A stretch of DNA of 60,614 bases from Tubiluchus corallicola (GCA_030141605.1 JAQGDQ010001128.1:1-60614), one strand, 5' to 3'; shown: positions 1 to 12,175, numbered from the stretch's first letter. The notes: generated by a model not told the origin, from the letters alone. Program-made: numbers and translations.

Positions 1-3000
1 AGCCGTCGTGACACATGATGCATTCAAGAGCGTAGCTAGGTTCTAAAGGGGAGCAAGCACATAAAAGCCGTCGTGACACATGATGCATTCAAGAGCGTAG
101 CTAGGTTCTAAAGGGGAGCAAGCACATAAAAGCCGTCGTGACACATGATGCATTCAAGGGCGTAGCTAGGTTCTAAAGGGGAGCAAGCACATAAAAGCCG
201 TCGTGACACATGATGCATTCAAGGGCGTAGCTAGGTTCTAAAGGGGAGCAAGCGCATAAAAGCCGTCGTGACACATGATGCATTCAAGAGCGTAGCTAGG
301 TTCTAAAGGGAGCAAGCACATAAAAGCCGTCGTGATGATGCATTCAAGAGGTAGTAGGTTCTAAGAGCAAGCACATAAAAGCCGTGGTATGATGCATTCA
401 AGAGCGTAGCTAGGTTCTAAAGGGGAGCAAGCACATAAAAGCCGTCGTGACACATGATGCATTCCAGGGCGTAGCTAGGTTCTGAAGGGGAGCAAGCACA
501 TAAAAGCCGTCGTGACACATGATGCATTCGAGGGCGTAGCTAGGTTCTAAAGGGGAGCAAGCACATAAAAGCCGTCGTGACACATGATGCATTCAAGAGC
601 GTAGCTAGGTTCTAAAGGGGAGCAAGCACATAAAAGCCGTCGTGACACATGATGCATTCAAGAGCGTAGCTAGGTTCTAAAGGGGAGCAAGCACATAAAA
701 GCCGTGGTGACACATGATGCATTCCAGGGCGTAGCTAGGTTCTAAAGGGGAGCAAGCACATAAAAGCCGTGGTGACACATGATGCATTCAAGAGCGTAGC
801 TAGGTTCTAAAGGGGAGCAAGCACATAAAAGCCGTCGTGACACATGATGCATTCAAGGGCGTAGCTAGGTTCTAAAGGGGAGCAAGCACATAAAAGCCGT
901 CGTGACACATGATGCATTCAAGAGCGTAGCTAGGTTCTAAAGGGGAGCAAGCACATAAAAGCCGTCGTGACACATGATGCATTCAAGAGCGTAGCTAGGT
1001 TCTAAAGGGGAGCAAGCACATAAAAGCCGTCGTGACACATGATGCATTCCAGGGCGTAGCTAGGTTCTAAAGGGGAGCAAGCACATAAAAGCCGTGGTGA
1101 CACATGATGCATTCAAGAGCGTAGCTAGGTTCTAAAGGGGAGCAAGCACATAAAAGCCGTCGTGACACATGATGCATTCAAGAGCGTAGCTAGGTTCTAA
1201 AGGGGAGCAAGCACATAAAAGCCGTCGTGACACATGATGCATTCAAGAGCGTAGCTAGGTTCTAAAGGGGAGCAAGCACATAAAAGCCGTCGTGACACAT
1301 GATGCATTCAAGAGCGTAGCTAGGTTCTAAAGGGGAGCAAGCACATAAAAGCCGTCGTGACACATGATGCATTCAAGGGCGTAGCTAGGTTCTAAAGGGG
1401 AGCAAGCACATAAAAGCCGTCGTGACACATGATGCATTCAAGAGCGTAGCTAGGTTCTAAAGGGGAGCAAGCACATAAAAGCCGTCGTGACACATGATGC
1501 ATTCAAGGGCGTAGCTAGGTTCTAAAGGGGAGCAAGCACATAAAAGCCGTCGTGACACATGATGCATTCAAGAGCGTAGCTAGGTTCTAAAGGGGAGCAA
1601 GCACATAAAAGCCGTCGTGACACATGATGCATTCAAGGGCGTAGCTAGGTTCTAAAGGGGAGCAAGCACATAAAAGCCGTCGTGACACATGATGCATTCA
1701 AGAGCGTAGCTAGGTTCTAAAGGGGAGCAAGCACATAAAAGCCGTCGTGACACATGATGCATTCAAGAGCGTAGCTAGGTTCTAAAGGGGAGCAAGCACA
1801 TAAAAGCCGTCGTGACACATGATGCATTCAAGGGCGTAGCTAGGTTCTAAAGGGGAGCAAGCACATAAAAGCCGTCGTGACACATGATGCATTCAAGGGC
1901 GTAGCTAGGTTCTAAAGGGGAGCAAGCACATAAAAGCCGTCGTGACACATGATGCATTCAAGAGCGTAGCTAGGTTCTAAAGGGGAGCAAGCACATAAAA
2001 GCCGTCGTGACACATGATGCATTCAAGAGCGTAGCTAGGTTCTAAAGGGGAGCAAGCACATAAAAGCCGTCGTGACACATGATGCATTCCAGGGCGTAGC
2101 TAGGTTCTAAAGGGGAGCAAGCACATAAAAGCCGTCGTGACACATGATGCATTCAAGAGCGTAGCTAGGTTCTAAAGGGGAGCAAGCACATAAAAGCCGT
2201 CGTGACACATGATGCATTCAAGAGCGTAGCTAGGTTCTGAAGGGGAGCAAGCACATAAAAGCCGTCGTGACACATGATGCATTCAAGGGCGTAGCTAGGT
2301 TCTAAAGGGGAGCAAGCACATAAAAGCCGTCGTGACACATGATGCATTCAAGGGCGTAGCTAGGTTCTAAAGGGGAGCAAGCACATAAAAGCCGTCGTGA
2401 CACATGATGCATTCAAGAGCGTAGCTAGGTTCTAAAGGGGAGCAAGCACATAAAAGCCGTCGTGACACATGATGCATTCAAGAGCGTAGCTAGGTTCTAA
2501 AGGGGAGCAAGCACATAAAAGCTGTCGTGACACATGATGCATTCAAGGGCGTATCTAGGTTCTAAAGGGGAGCAAGCACATAAAAGCCGTCGTGACACAT
2601 GATGCATTCCAGGGCGTAGCTAGGTTCTAAAGGGGAGCAAGCACATAAAAGCCGTCGTGACACATGATGCATTCAAGAGCGTAGCTAGGTTCTAAAGGGG
2701 AGCAAGCACATAAAAGCCGTCGTGACACATGATGCATTCAAGAGCGTAGCTAGGTTCTAAAGGGGAGCAAGCACATAAAAGCTGTCGTGACACATGATGC
2801 ATTCCAGGGCGTAGCTAGGTTCTAAAGGGGAGCAAGCACATAAAAGCCGTCGTGACACATGATGCATTCAAGAGCGTAGCTAGGTTCTAAAGGGGAGCAA
2901 GCACATAAAAGCCGTCGTGACACATGATGCATTCAAGGGCGTAGCTAGGTTCTAAAGGGGAGCAAGCACATAAAACCGTCGTGACACATGATGCATTCCA

Positions 3001-3180
3001 GGGCGTAGCTAGGTTCTAAAGGGGAGCAAGCACATAAAAGCCGTCGTGACACATGATGCATTCCAGGGCGTAGCTAGGTTCTAAAGGGGAGCAAGCACAT
3101 AAAAGCCGTCGTGACACATGATGCATTCCAGGGCGTAGCTAGGTTCTGAAGGGGAGCAAGCACATAAAAGCCGTCGTGAC
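1..3180. repeat. 65-bp tandem array, about 49 copies, running off the left edge
   Basis: Unit AGCCGTCGTGACACATGATGCATTCAAG(A/G)GCGTAGCTAGGTTCTAAAGGGGAGCAAGCACATAAA recurs at 1, 66, 131 and onward. Copies are near-identical with no unique spacers; two deletion-riddled units at about 300-410. Confidence 0.97.
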
Positions 3181-3787
3181 CAAAAGCGCATTTATTGTAC
3201 ATTTTCATTTTATTCAAAATTAAAACACGAGAAGGATACAGCTTTAAAGCGATAAGGTAATTGTTACCTTGTAAAAATAGTCAAAATACGTAAACATAAA
3301 GACACTAAGCTGCCTTTGCAATATTGTAATTGAAAGCAGGCCTACTACTAGATCATGTCTAGACAGTTGTTTGACAAGATTATGACAAAGGCCTTGCAAA
3401 ATTTTGCGTATAAATACACTCATAATCAAAAATACGCGAACATCCTACACAGTCCTCACTTATAATGCAAAGCCAGTAGCAGCTTTTACTGAATTAAAGT
3501 TATAAGGTTATAGGCAGAGTACAATGGATGACGTCACAACAATGGCTTTGCGTCAACATCGGTTAGTTGGTCCTGGAACCTTGCATCTCTGAAAGCTTGT
3601 ATATTTTATACAAACAGCAAACATGCTTGTTGTTATTAGCATCACATACATTTCAAATTACTGGCAATTAATTTGGCAAAATTGTAAACTAAATCACACA
3701 TTCATGGATAACACTTAATTCACAAAATTAACACAGAATCAAATTTTTCGCATAACAGCGAACTATCGCAGCATCAAATTTAAATAA

Positions 3788-5320
3788 CTAAATAATAGAG
3801 AAAAGGTCATTTCTCACCAACAATACTGCAGTCATTAGGTCAAAATAAACGTAATCATGTATGACAAAATATGAAATAATTTGTACGTTAGAATTATAGT
3901 GCATATCAACACAATACAGAGCGAAGCTTTCAGATCTGCGCACAAAAGGCTTTAGTAAATTGATATGAAAAGTCTTCGTATAAGGTTTTGCACTTTTCTT
4001 GGCAATTGAAACCTTATATGTGTGATCAGACAGTTTATCAATGACCTCAAATGGGCCTTGCCACAATTTTGAGAGCTTCTTCTTCGACTCAGGCAATAAA
4101 ACAAGTACCTCCTGGCCCACTTCCAGTGACCTAGTGGACGACATCCTGTCGTACCACTTTTTCTGAGCAATTTTCGCTTGCCGCAGGGATTCATGAGCTT
4201 CTTCGGTACTGTTCTCCAGTTCGCTGATAATTCGATCAACATAATCGTCAACTTGTTTGAAAACAGGTGGCTCTAAGCAACCCCACCTTCTGCGCAAAGC
4301 AGCCATGGGTCCTTCAACGGGGAAACCATACACCAATTCAAATGGAGAATACTTTAGAGACTCCTGAGGGACTTCTCTATAAGCAAAGAGAACGAACTGA
4401 AGTAACTCATCCCAGGGTAAAGACCTTTGGGTTTGGGCAAGCTTCCTCAAAGAACTCTTTAGGGAACTGTTAAACTTTTCTGTGACTCCCTGTGTCATCG
4501 AGTGATAGGGTGTCGCAAAGATACTTTTGATTCCCAGGGCTTCCTCTAAGTTGGCAATCAAAGTTGAAGTAAATTGTGTACCCCTATCGGAGAGGATTTC
4601 TCTCGGAATTCCGTGACGGCAAATGAATTGGAGTAAAGCACGAGCCACTGTTGAGGCAGTTTCCCATTCTAAAGCATAGGCATCTGGGTACTTCGTGGCC
4701 TGGTCCACAATGACAAGTGCATATTTACTTCCAGATCTGGTACGGGGCAAAGGACCAATTAAATCGATGCAGATTTGTGCAAAGGGTTCCTTTATAACAG
4801 GCAATGGCTTAAGTGGGGCTCGATCTGCTTTGTGAAGTCTAGATGCTTTTTGGCAAGCAGGACAAGAACGAACATAGTTTTTAATGCATGTCAAAATTTT
4901 TGGCCAATAGTAACGTGCCAAGACCCTATCAATGGTCTTCCGCATACCCTGATGAGCAGAAGGCAACTTATCATGGGCCAACTCCAGCACTTGTTGCCTT
5001 CGAGGCTTTGGTACCACCAGCAAATCAGTTGGCATACCACGTGAACTTCGACGCATCGTGTGCAACACGTTGTCAAGCAAAAAGTATCCATTTCCTTGCT
5101 CCTGGCACTCTGCTTCAGGTTTCACCTGGTCAAACAGATTTCTCAGGGTAATATCATCCTTTTGTTCTCTTGCCAAATCTGCACGGCTCATTAAGTCGAT
5201 TAACATTTGTTGTTTTTGTGCTTGGGCAAATCTTTTTCGAGGCAATGGAATGTCAGAAGCTTTCAACCACTGAGCTTCTTGTTCTTCCTTTTCTCTTAAC
5301 TTCGGGTGAGTCCAACTAAT
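3788..5320 (-). mobile_element. Ty3/Gypsy LTR retrotransposon pol fragment (integrase), 5'-truncated
   Basis: ORF 3788-5380 has the H2C2 zinc finger (AHDKLPSAHQG...CPAC), DDE core (CIDLIGP, SDRGTQF, GVTEKFN) and GPF motif (WQGPFEV). No RT or RNase H. The first ~20 codons of the ORF come from the adjacent MITE fragment. Confidence 0.93.
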
Positions 5321-5455
5321 GGTAACATCACAAACTAACATAATTTTCAACAGCAAAAATATTTCACGAGCGTGTTGCACGTGTTTTAGAAGGCGAAAAT
5401 TTATGTAGAGTGCTACTGTACTTTATTCAGTGTGTTGTATTAAAACTAAGCAAAC
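5321..5455 (+). mobile_element. Fragment of a dispersed non-autonomous element (same family as 6412-7559 and 38243-38740)
   Basis: ACATCACAAACTAACATAATTTTCAACAG...CAGTGTGTTGTATTAAAACTAAGCA aligns with about 6565-6695 and with the reverse complement of about 38455-38590. Confidence 0.7.
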
Positions 5456-6145
5456 TTACCTGTACCAAACTTACCTGTACTAAAATTACATGTCCAAAGC
5501 TCACCTGTACCAAACTAAGCTTTACCAAAATTACCTGTACCAAACTTGCCTGCACCAAACTCACCTGTACCAAAATTACCTGTACTAAAATTACATGTCC
5601 AAAGCTTACCTGTACCAAACTCAGCTTTAACAAAATTACCCGTACCAAACTTGCCTGCACCAAACTCACCTGTACCAAAATTACCTGTACTAAAATTACA
5701 TGTCCAAAGCTTACCTGTACCAAACTCAGCTTTAACAAAATTACCTGTATCAAACTTGCCTGCACCAAACTCACCTGTACCAAAATTACCTGTACTAGAC
5801 TCACCTGTACCAAACTCAGCTTTACCAAAATTACCTGTACCAAACTTGCCTGCACCAAAATTACCTGTACCAAAATTACCTGTACTAGACTCACCTGTAG
5901 CAAACTTACCTGTAGCAAACTTACCTGTACCAAACTTACCTGTATGAAACGTACCTGTGCCAAAATTACATGTACTAGACTCACCTGTACCAAACTTACC
6001 TGTAAGAAACGTACCTGTACTAAACTTACCTGTGCCAAAATTACCTGTACTAGACTCACCTGTACCAAACTCACCTGTACCAAACTCACCTGTACCAAAC
6101 TTACCTGTACGAAACGTATCTGTACCAAACCTACCGTGCACCAAA
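5450..6145. repeat. 15-bp minisatellite (ACCTGTACCAAA[C/A]TT-type), about 46 copies
   Basis: Direct 15-bp periodicity. It produces the repetitive KLTCT/VQVSL/GTGKF ORFs in several frames on both strands. Confidence 0.93.
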
Positions 6146-6158
6146 CAAACCACATAAC

Positions 6159-6388
6159 CTGGGGAGTTGACCTCTACAGGTCTGAACGCACTCCAAGGCT
6201 GAATCAAAATGGAGACTTCTCTTCGGACGCTAACGCAGCTAAGGGCTATTGTGAAGTTTACGAACCAGGAGAAAATAGTACGTTAACTTCACAATAGCCC
6301 TTAGCTGTGTTGAAGTAGTAGTAGTAGTCACGATCAGCGTGGAAGATGTTTAAACGACATGTTGATGGCAATGGTGGGTCGCTGCATC
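6159..6388 (-). pseudogene. Kunitz/BPTI-like domain exon (exon 2 of a secreted protein gene), disrupted
   Basis: Acceptor ...tttactatag| at 6389, phase 1, matching the 7651 donor. Reads (G)CSDPPLPSTCRLNIFHADRDYYYYFNTAKGYCEV (C-x8-C, YYFN-x5-C), then stops inside an inverted segment. Downstream in another frame reads FDSALECVQTC (Kunitz F-x-S-x2-E-C-x3-C). The 3' boundary is uncertain. Confidence 0.72.
6236..6307. repeat. Perfect 23-bp inverted repeat with a 26-bp spacer
   Basis: CAGCTAAGGGCTATTGTGAAGTT (6236-6258) ... AACTTCACAATAGCCCTTAGCTG (6285-6307). Confidence 0.95.
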
Positions 6389-6411
6389 CTATAGTAAATT
6401 ATAAGCATTAA

Positions 6412-7559
6412 AGGAAGGGAGGATGATTTTTTTTATATATTACCCCATTTTCAAGTCCGATAAAAAGTATACATTTAAAAAAAATGATACTGCAAGAGCG
6501 TTTCTCATTATTAAGTGATACATTAAATACTTAATTAGCTGCAGGGATGCAGCAAAGGCGAAATGACATCACAAACCAACATAATTTTCAACAGAAAAAA
6601 TATTCCATGAGCGTGTTGCACGTGTTTCCGAATGCGAAAACTTAAGTACAGTGCTAACCGTGAGATATTCAGTGTGTTGTACTAAAACTAGGCATGTTTT
6701 AAGATAAAAATTCAAATTTCAAATTTACCGCTGTGCTCACGGATGAGCTGCCGAACGTGTGCAGTTCGTCACAAACTAACAATGCTCAACTGAAAGGCAC
6801 AGCACCTGTTTTGCAAGTGCTAGTGCCGCGAGTAGCGAAATGCATGTAGCAGCGAAGAACTAGATGCGCGAACGCGAAATTGTCTTTGTGTGGTTATAAA
6901 ATTTATTGATATTAAAAATTCATTGATTAATATTAAAAATAAGCATTAAATTCCACTTTGTCATTCCATAACAATGGCAATAACTGTGACTAGTGCAGCT
7001 AAAAATATCGTGGTTGCGTTTCACCAAATTCATACAGGAAAGGCCTAAAGAAGTCATTTCAGAAAGTTGGACTTATTTCACTAATGTTGACAGTTAGGAT
7101 TTAGTAATATAAGTGTAATAAGTATCTCGTGTAATTAGTAAAGTTATTTTTAAGCCGCTATCACTTCACGCTTGAGCGCTTCTTTTTCATTCTTCCACCA
7201 ATGACGTCGGTCATCCCACAAGGAAAAGTTGTTCATGCTATCAACTTTTCTCTAAAATATAATTTTGTGATATTTTTGTATGAATATTAAGTAACCCACA
7301 AAAGTTTGAATTAGTTCAAGCAGTGCGTACTTACGAAAAACCATGATATGCACTTACAAGAAGTTACAAGGTCCACCAGTTACATCATAATTTTCATGTG
7401 AATTTTAGCTACCACCGCGTCTGAAAATTTCTGTACAATGGTAGTATAAATTAGTTTTGTGCTTTCCAGACAGTTTTTCTGCAATTTTTTGTATGTTTTT
7501 TTAAGTTTAAGTGCAAATAGGAAAACAAAGTCAACATACTGAGCGACTTGTTCTTTCCT
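6412..7559. mobile_element. Non-autonomous DNA transposon flanked by TTAA (Kolobok-like), possibly composite, filling intron 1 of the Kunitz-like gene
   Basis: TTAA|AGGAAG...CTTTCCT|TTAA. The left part matches 38243-38740 (reverse complement). The right part matches 19105-19180 and 24120-24270 (reverse complement). Confidence 0.6.
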
Positions 7560-7650
7560 TTAAAACCAAAAAAGTCCTTCTTTACTGACAGACCTTTGGG
7601 TTTGGAATCATTTTAGCAGATAATAAGAAAACTTTAGACATCTTTCTTAC

Positions 7651-7744
7651 CTGCAGGTGCATCAGGTGCTACTTCATTTTTACTATTTCCAGCAGCCACC
7701 ATTGAAGAAAATAGAACTGTTAAAATGACAGAAAAAGCTACCAT
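7651..7744 (-). CDS. First coding exon (signal peptide) of a secreted Kunitz-like protein gene
   Basis: gccATGG start, MVAFSVILTVLFSSMVAAGNSKNEVAPDAPA, then strong donor CAG|GTAAGA (phase 1). Confidence 0.78.
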
Positions 7745-7784
7745 GGCTGACGAATAAACTGCAGTAATGTTTCTCCTGCCGAGT

Positions 7785-7835
7785 CAAATCTGATATTTGT
7801 CACACTCGACTGATATCACTGCTTATTTATAAAGG
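7785..7835 (-). promoter_or_regulatory. Putative TATA-box core promoter of the Kunitz-like gene
   Basis: TATAAATA at 7831-7824 on the minus strand, about 85 nt upstream of the ATG, followed by Inr-like TCAGTC and TCAGATT. Confidence 0.5.
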
Positions 7836-8125
7836 GGGACCCACATCTGCATCAGCAAAAACTAGACCAGTGTGACCAAACAAACAGCAATAATTTCTCC
7901 TAAAAGTCAAATCTTTTAAATTGTCACTATAAATTACATTTCCTCTGCTCATATATGCAGGAAGCCAAATCAATTCAGCACTTTAAGTACTTGTGCATCA
8001 TCATTTGTATACCAGCATACGTTAACAGCTACATTATCTACCAGGATCGCGTTGACTTAAACCTGAGAGGTGGGGACAAAAATCTTTATGATGACACTTT
8101 TAGGTTAGGAAACATCTGCAAGTCT

Positions 8126-8375
8126 TATGAAGTTAAGTGTGATTTACCGCCCGCAGAGCATCGGGGCGAAAATGGACCAGCAGCATCACTTTGTTAATGG
8201 AATCTGTTGCACTACCATGAGCAAACGAAGCTTAAAACACAAGAAAACAGCAAGTGCTATGAAGTTAAGTGCGTTTTTACGGCCCGCAGAGCATCGGGGC
8301 GAAAATGGACCAGCAGCATCACTTTGCTAATGGAATCTGTTGCACTAACATGAGCAAACGAAGCTTAAACACTAG
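8126..8375. repeat. Two-copy tandem duplication of about 132 bp
   Basis: TATGAAGTTAAGTG...GCAGAGCATCGGGGCGAAAATGGACC...AAGCTTAAA at 8126 and 8258. Confidence 0.9.
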
Positions 8376-8940
8376 AAAACCCTCCACTTACATGGTTTAC
8401 TGGGGAGGCAAACACCACATCATATGTTTCTATGATCAAAATAAACAGTTATAATAATAAAAATAACACGATAGTTGAGCAGCTTTGAATTTAGTCAACT
8501 GATAACTGACGGTGTTCGTTGGTTATACTGCCTATCTCATTGAGGGAAGATGTGTACACCTCCAACGAGGCTCACACCTCTCGTTCAGTACATTGCCTCG
8601 TCTTAGAGAATTCAACTTGATAGATAGTTAGATTCTGGTACAGCCACAAGTACTGAATAACAGTAGCAGTCTTGTACAACCTACCACTAAGTTTTAGGTT
8701 CCGTCTCACGGCATAGTTAGTGTTGAGATGCTCCTTACCGAGGTGAGATTGTACACAACACACGATTGTTTGATTATAGTATAAGTACTAAAATAAGTAT
8801 AGCGTCCCTACTTTCAGGAAATTCACTTATTTTATGGGCCTGTAAAAAACACGCGCGATAAGTGAGGGAACACTGTATGTCATTTTGTAAACGATATCGA
8901 TAAGCTTAAATAAGCAAAACTAAAACATACATCTCGATAC

Positions 8941-9100
8941 TGTGTGCGTGTGTGTGTGCGTGCGTGTGTGTGTGCATGTGTGTGTGTGTGTGTGTGTGTG
9001 CGTGTGCATGTGTGCGTGTGCATGTGTGTGTGTGTGTGTGGTGCATGTGTGTGTGTGTGTGCGTGTGTGTGTGTGCGTGTGTGTGTGCACGAGTGAGTGT
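8941..9100. repeat. (TG)n microsatellite, imperfect
   Basis: Direct inspection. Confidence 0.95.
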
Positions 9101-9511
9101 GAAAGAGAGATCATTTAATGCACTTCAAATTTACCATTAATCTGGGCAGCACCAATTCAAGATTTTCTTCCTGATGCTGTCCAGAGCCATACTACTAGTC
9201 TCAATAAAAATTATATATTAATGTTTTTTTCTTTGTAAAATTTGTGTTAATTTAAAGATTTTTGTGTAAATTATCATTGTATGTTCATGGTATATCCTGC
9301 AATAAATTATAATTTTAATTCTAATAACTGACAAGACTAAACTTTCAAATTCAATTTTTATTTTCAAAAAAATTCAAACGATATGTGCTGATTTAAACCT
9401 GTGTTGCCCCCTCTTTTCTATTATAAACTGGCTTCCTTTTAAACAGGTCATGTGACCAGTCTTTTACATGTACACTTACTGTAGATTGAGTTGAGACATT
9501 GTTCTTCTGCA

Positions 9512-10232
9512 ATTATTTACGTTCAAACCATGCACACTTACATTTGCTTTATTTACGTTCAAACCGTGCATACTTACATTTGCTTTATTTACGTTCAAAC
9601 CGTGCATACTTACATTTGCTTTATTTACATTCAAACCATGCATACTTACATTTGTTTTATTTGCGTTCAAACCGTGCATACTTACATTTGCTTCATTTAC
9701 ATTCAAACCCTGCATACTTACATTTGTTTTATTTGCATTCAAACCGTGCATACTTACATTTGCTTTATTTACGTTCAAACCGTGCATACTTACATTTGCT
9801 TTATTTACGTTCAAACCGTGCATACTTACATTTGCTTTATCTATGTTCAAACCGTGCATACTTACATTTGCTTTATTTACGTTCAAACCGTGCATACTTA
9901 CATTTGATTTATCTACGTTCAAACCGTGCATACTTACATTTGCTTTATTTACATTCAAACCCTGCATACTTACATTTGTTTTATTTGCGTTCAAACCGTG
10001 CATACTTACATTTGTTTTATTTGCGTTCAAACCGTGCATACTTACATTTGCTTTATTTACGTTCAAACAGTGCATACTTACATTTGCTTTATTTACGTTC
10101 AAACCGTGCATACTTACATTTGCTTTATCTATGTTCAAACCGTGCATACTTACATTTGTTTTATTTACGTTCAAACCGTGCATACTTACATTTGCTTTAT
10201 TTACGTTCAAACCGTTCAAACCGTGCATACAT
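9512..10232. repeat. 36-bp minisatellite, about 20 copies
   Basis: Unit CATTTGCTTTATTTACGTTCAAACCGTGCATACTTA; explains the 12-aa periodic ORFs in the track. Confidence 0.96.
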
Positions 10233-10899
10233 ACATCTACTTTGTCAAAACGCTAGACTACGCTGAGCATCGCATGCCAATAAAGTGATTAAACTGCACC
10301 AGATGGTTCATCGTCCTTACAGCCCTTGAGCCAGGCAAATTTTTGGTACCCTCTTCGGGGCAAATTATCTCTGTGATTTTTTTAAAGACGCCTGTACAAT
10401 ACAAAAATGCCTGGTGGACCTTCCTATGACACAGCTTTGTGGGCGGTACTGGCCCGTTTGTGGGACCACCTCCAAAAAGCCATGTTTGTAAAAATTTGTG
10501 CACTGCAATAATCGTTGTTACCTTTACCTGTTATCAAAATTCCAAATCTACCCATGTGCAGATAGGGTACTTATTTGAGATTTTGATCTCTAGGAAAATC
10601 TTACAATTATCATTCACTGCATAAAACGAAACGATTTACCCTGGAAAGTTACAGAAAAATGCTGATATTGTCACATTTCAGCCGTTATTTAAATGTGAAG
10701 GGGATTTCTGCACCAATTAGGCCATGATTGGAGGAAAAATGATGCTGCTGTACTATTATAATAATCACTGCTGTCGCGAATGCGAATTATATTTTTGTAT
10801 TTGAACCCTGGTGGTTTAAAGATCAATCCACATTTCTCGAGGTGTCACACATTTCAAGTGGTAACGTTTCACAGTTCAGTAGTTTTACATTCAGTAGGT

Positions 10900-11390
10900 T
10901 TTCTGTCATGCTCTCGATTCTCAGTCGGCACTACAAAATCTGGCCATTTTTCCACAGGCTCAAATAGCCACGGCGGTCCAGTCCACCAGACATCATTTGA
11001 CATCAAATTCTGTGCAGATGTTCCTCTGCACAGTATATCTGCTGGATTTTGCTTGGTGGGGAGACATATTTGAAAGTCACACCTTCAGCTTTTTGAATTT
11101 CCTGAACCCTGCTTTGTACGAAAGGTTCCAGTTGCCGTTTTGAACCAATCCACTGTAGGACAACTTGTAAATCATAGTATAGCTTTTACCACTCACAGGA
11201 AGTTTGAGTTGATTTACCACAAAGGTCAATACCTATGAGAACTTCCATTGGTTCTAATCTTGGTATTATAAGTTCTTTTCCTTTTTTCTTCGAATTTACT
11301 GGCCTTAGACGCACTTTTGCGAAAATCAAGGAGCTATTCATGGTTGTAGGTGGTGACTCAACCAAGTAGACCATTGCAAGTTAGGAGATA
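10900..11390 (-). mobile_element. BEL/Pao LTR retrotransposon relic (RNase H C-terminal region)
   Basis: Manual minus-strand translation of about 11175-10935: DLQVVLQWIGSKRQLEPFVQSRVQEIQ...KYV/PTKQNPADILCRG...VWWTGPPWLFEPVEKWP, with one frameshift. These match the Pao motifs FV-x-NRV-x-EI, NPAD-x2-SRG and WW-x-GP-x-WL. Confidence 0.85.
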
Positions 11391-12175
11391 AGAAATGTCT
11401 ATGACTAAAATGTCTATGTTTTATAAATTCCATTCTTAATCATCTGTACAAAATCGAAGGATCTCTTAAGTGAAAACAAGCATAAACAATTACCTCTCCA
11501 TCTCATTAATTTCAGTGTATTTTTTAGTAATTCCTCTCATGCTTGCAAAATTTATGTAAAAGTTCTTCTTTGTAAATTATATGTGTGTACTAGGCCCTAT
11601 AACTATGTGCATTGCTTATATATTCATGTGTGTATTATCTATTATGAATTTTTGATAGCTTTTGATGGAATAGTTTTTGATGTAGTCTCCTAATTTCACA
11701 AGTTTTTAAACGCACAATTTTACTCGGTCTTAACACTTTCAGCTTTTCTGCCCACTCAGCTGGTTAAAGACCTCAATTGGCTGTGAATGAATGATGAGCT
11801 CATTAGTTTGGAGGTGTCAAAATCCCCTAGTCTCTGTTTAAGTTTTTTCCTTAGGGTTAATTCCTTAATCATTTGCAAGTCAGCGGCTTTCCAATTACGT
11901 ACTGTTATTAATGATCGACATAATGTGGACTCAACGACTAGGTTTACTTATTGGTAACAGTGAACGGCAGAGTTCTTTACCAAAGATAGTCCTTTGAATC
12001 AACAGAGGTGCCTCAGTCGGATTGTGATACCTTCCCTCATCCATAGAGGTTGTCGATGGCAGACAAAACGGTCCAGAACCTATCCGTTTATTAGCTAGGT
12101 CCACACTGTGACTACTCAGCTATGGGCGCGTCCCATCCCCGTCGGGTATTATTGTTTTTATTTTTGGTGTCACGT

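Noticed and set aside
300-410. Two units with many small deletions as a distinct sub-repeat
   Set aside because: Clustered 1-5 bp deletions inside an otherwise homogeneous array look like a low-quality consensus patch; cannot be interpreted without reads.
1-3180. CRISPR-like array or coding repeat
   Set aside because: Units are contiguous with no unique spacers, there are no cas genes, and the context is intron-rich eukaryotic DNA. The short ORFs arise from single variants removing stops.
5410-6297. 295-aa Cys/Thr/Lys pentapeptide-repeat (antifreeze-like) protein
   Set aside because: A 15-bp minisatellite open in several frames on both strands, with a GTG start and no signal peptide. Its AKGYCEV tail is the inverted copy of the Kunitz exon.
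9476-10288. 12-aa repeat proteins
   Set aside because: A 36-bp minisatellite lacking stops in multiple frames; no gene context.
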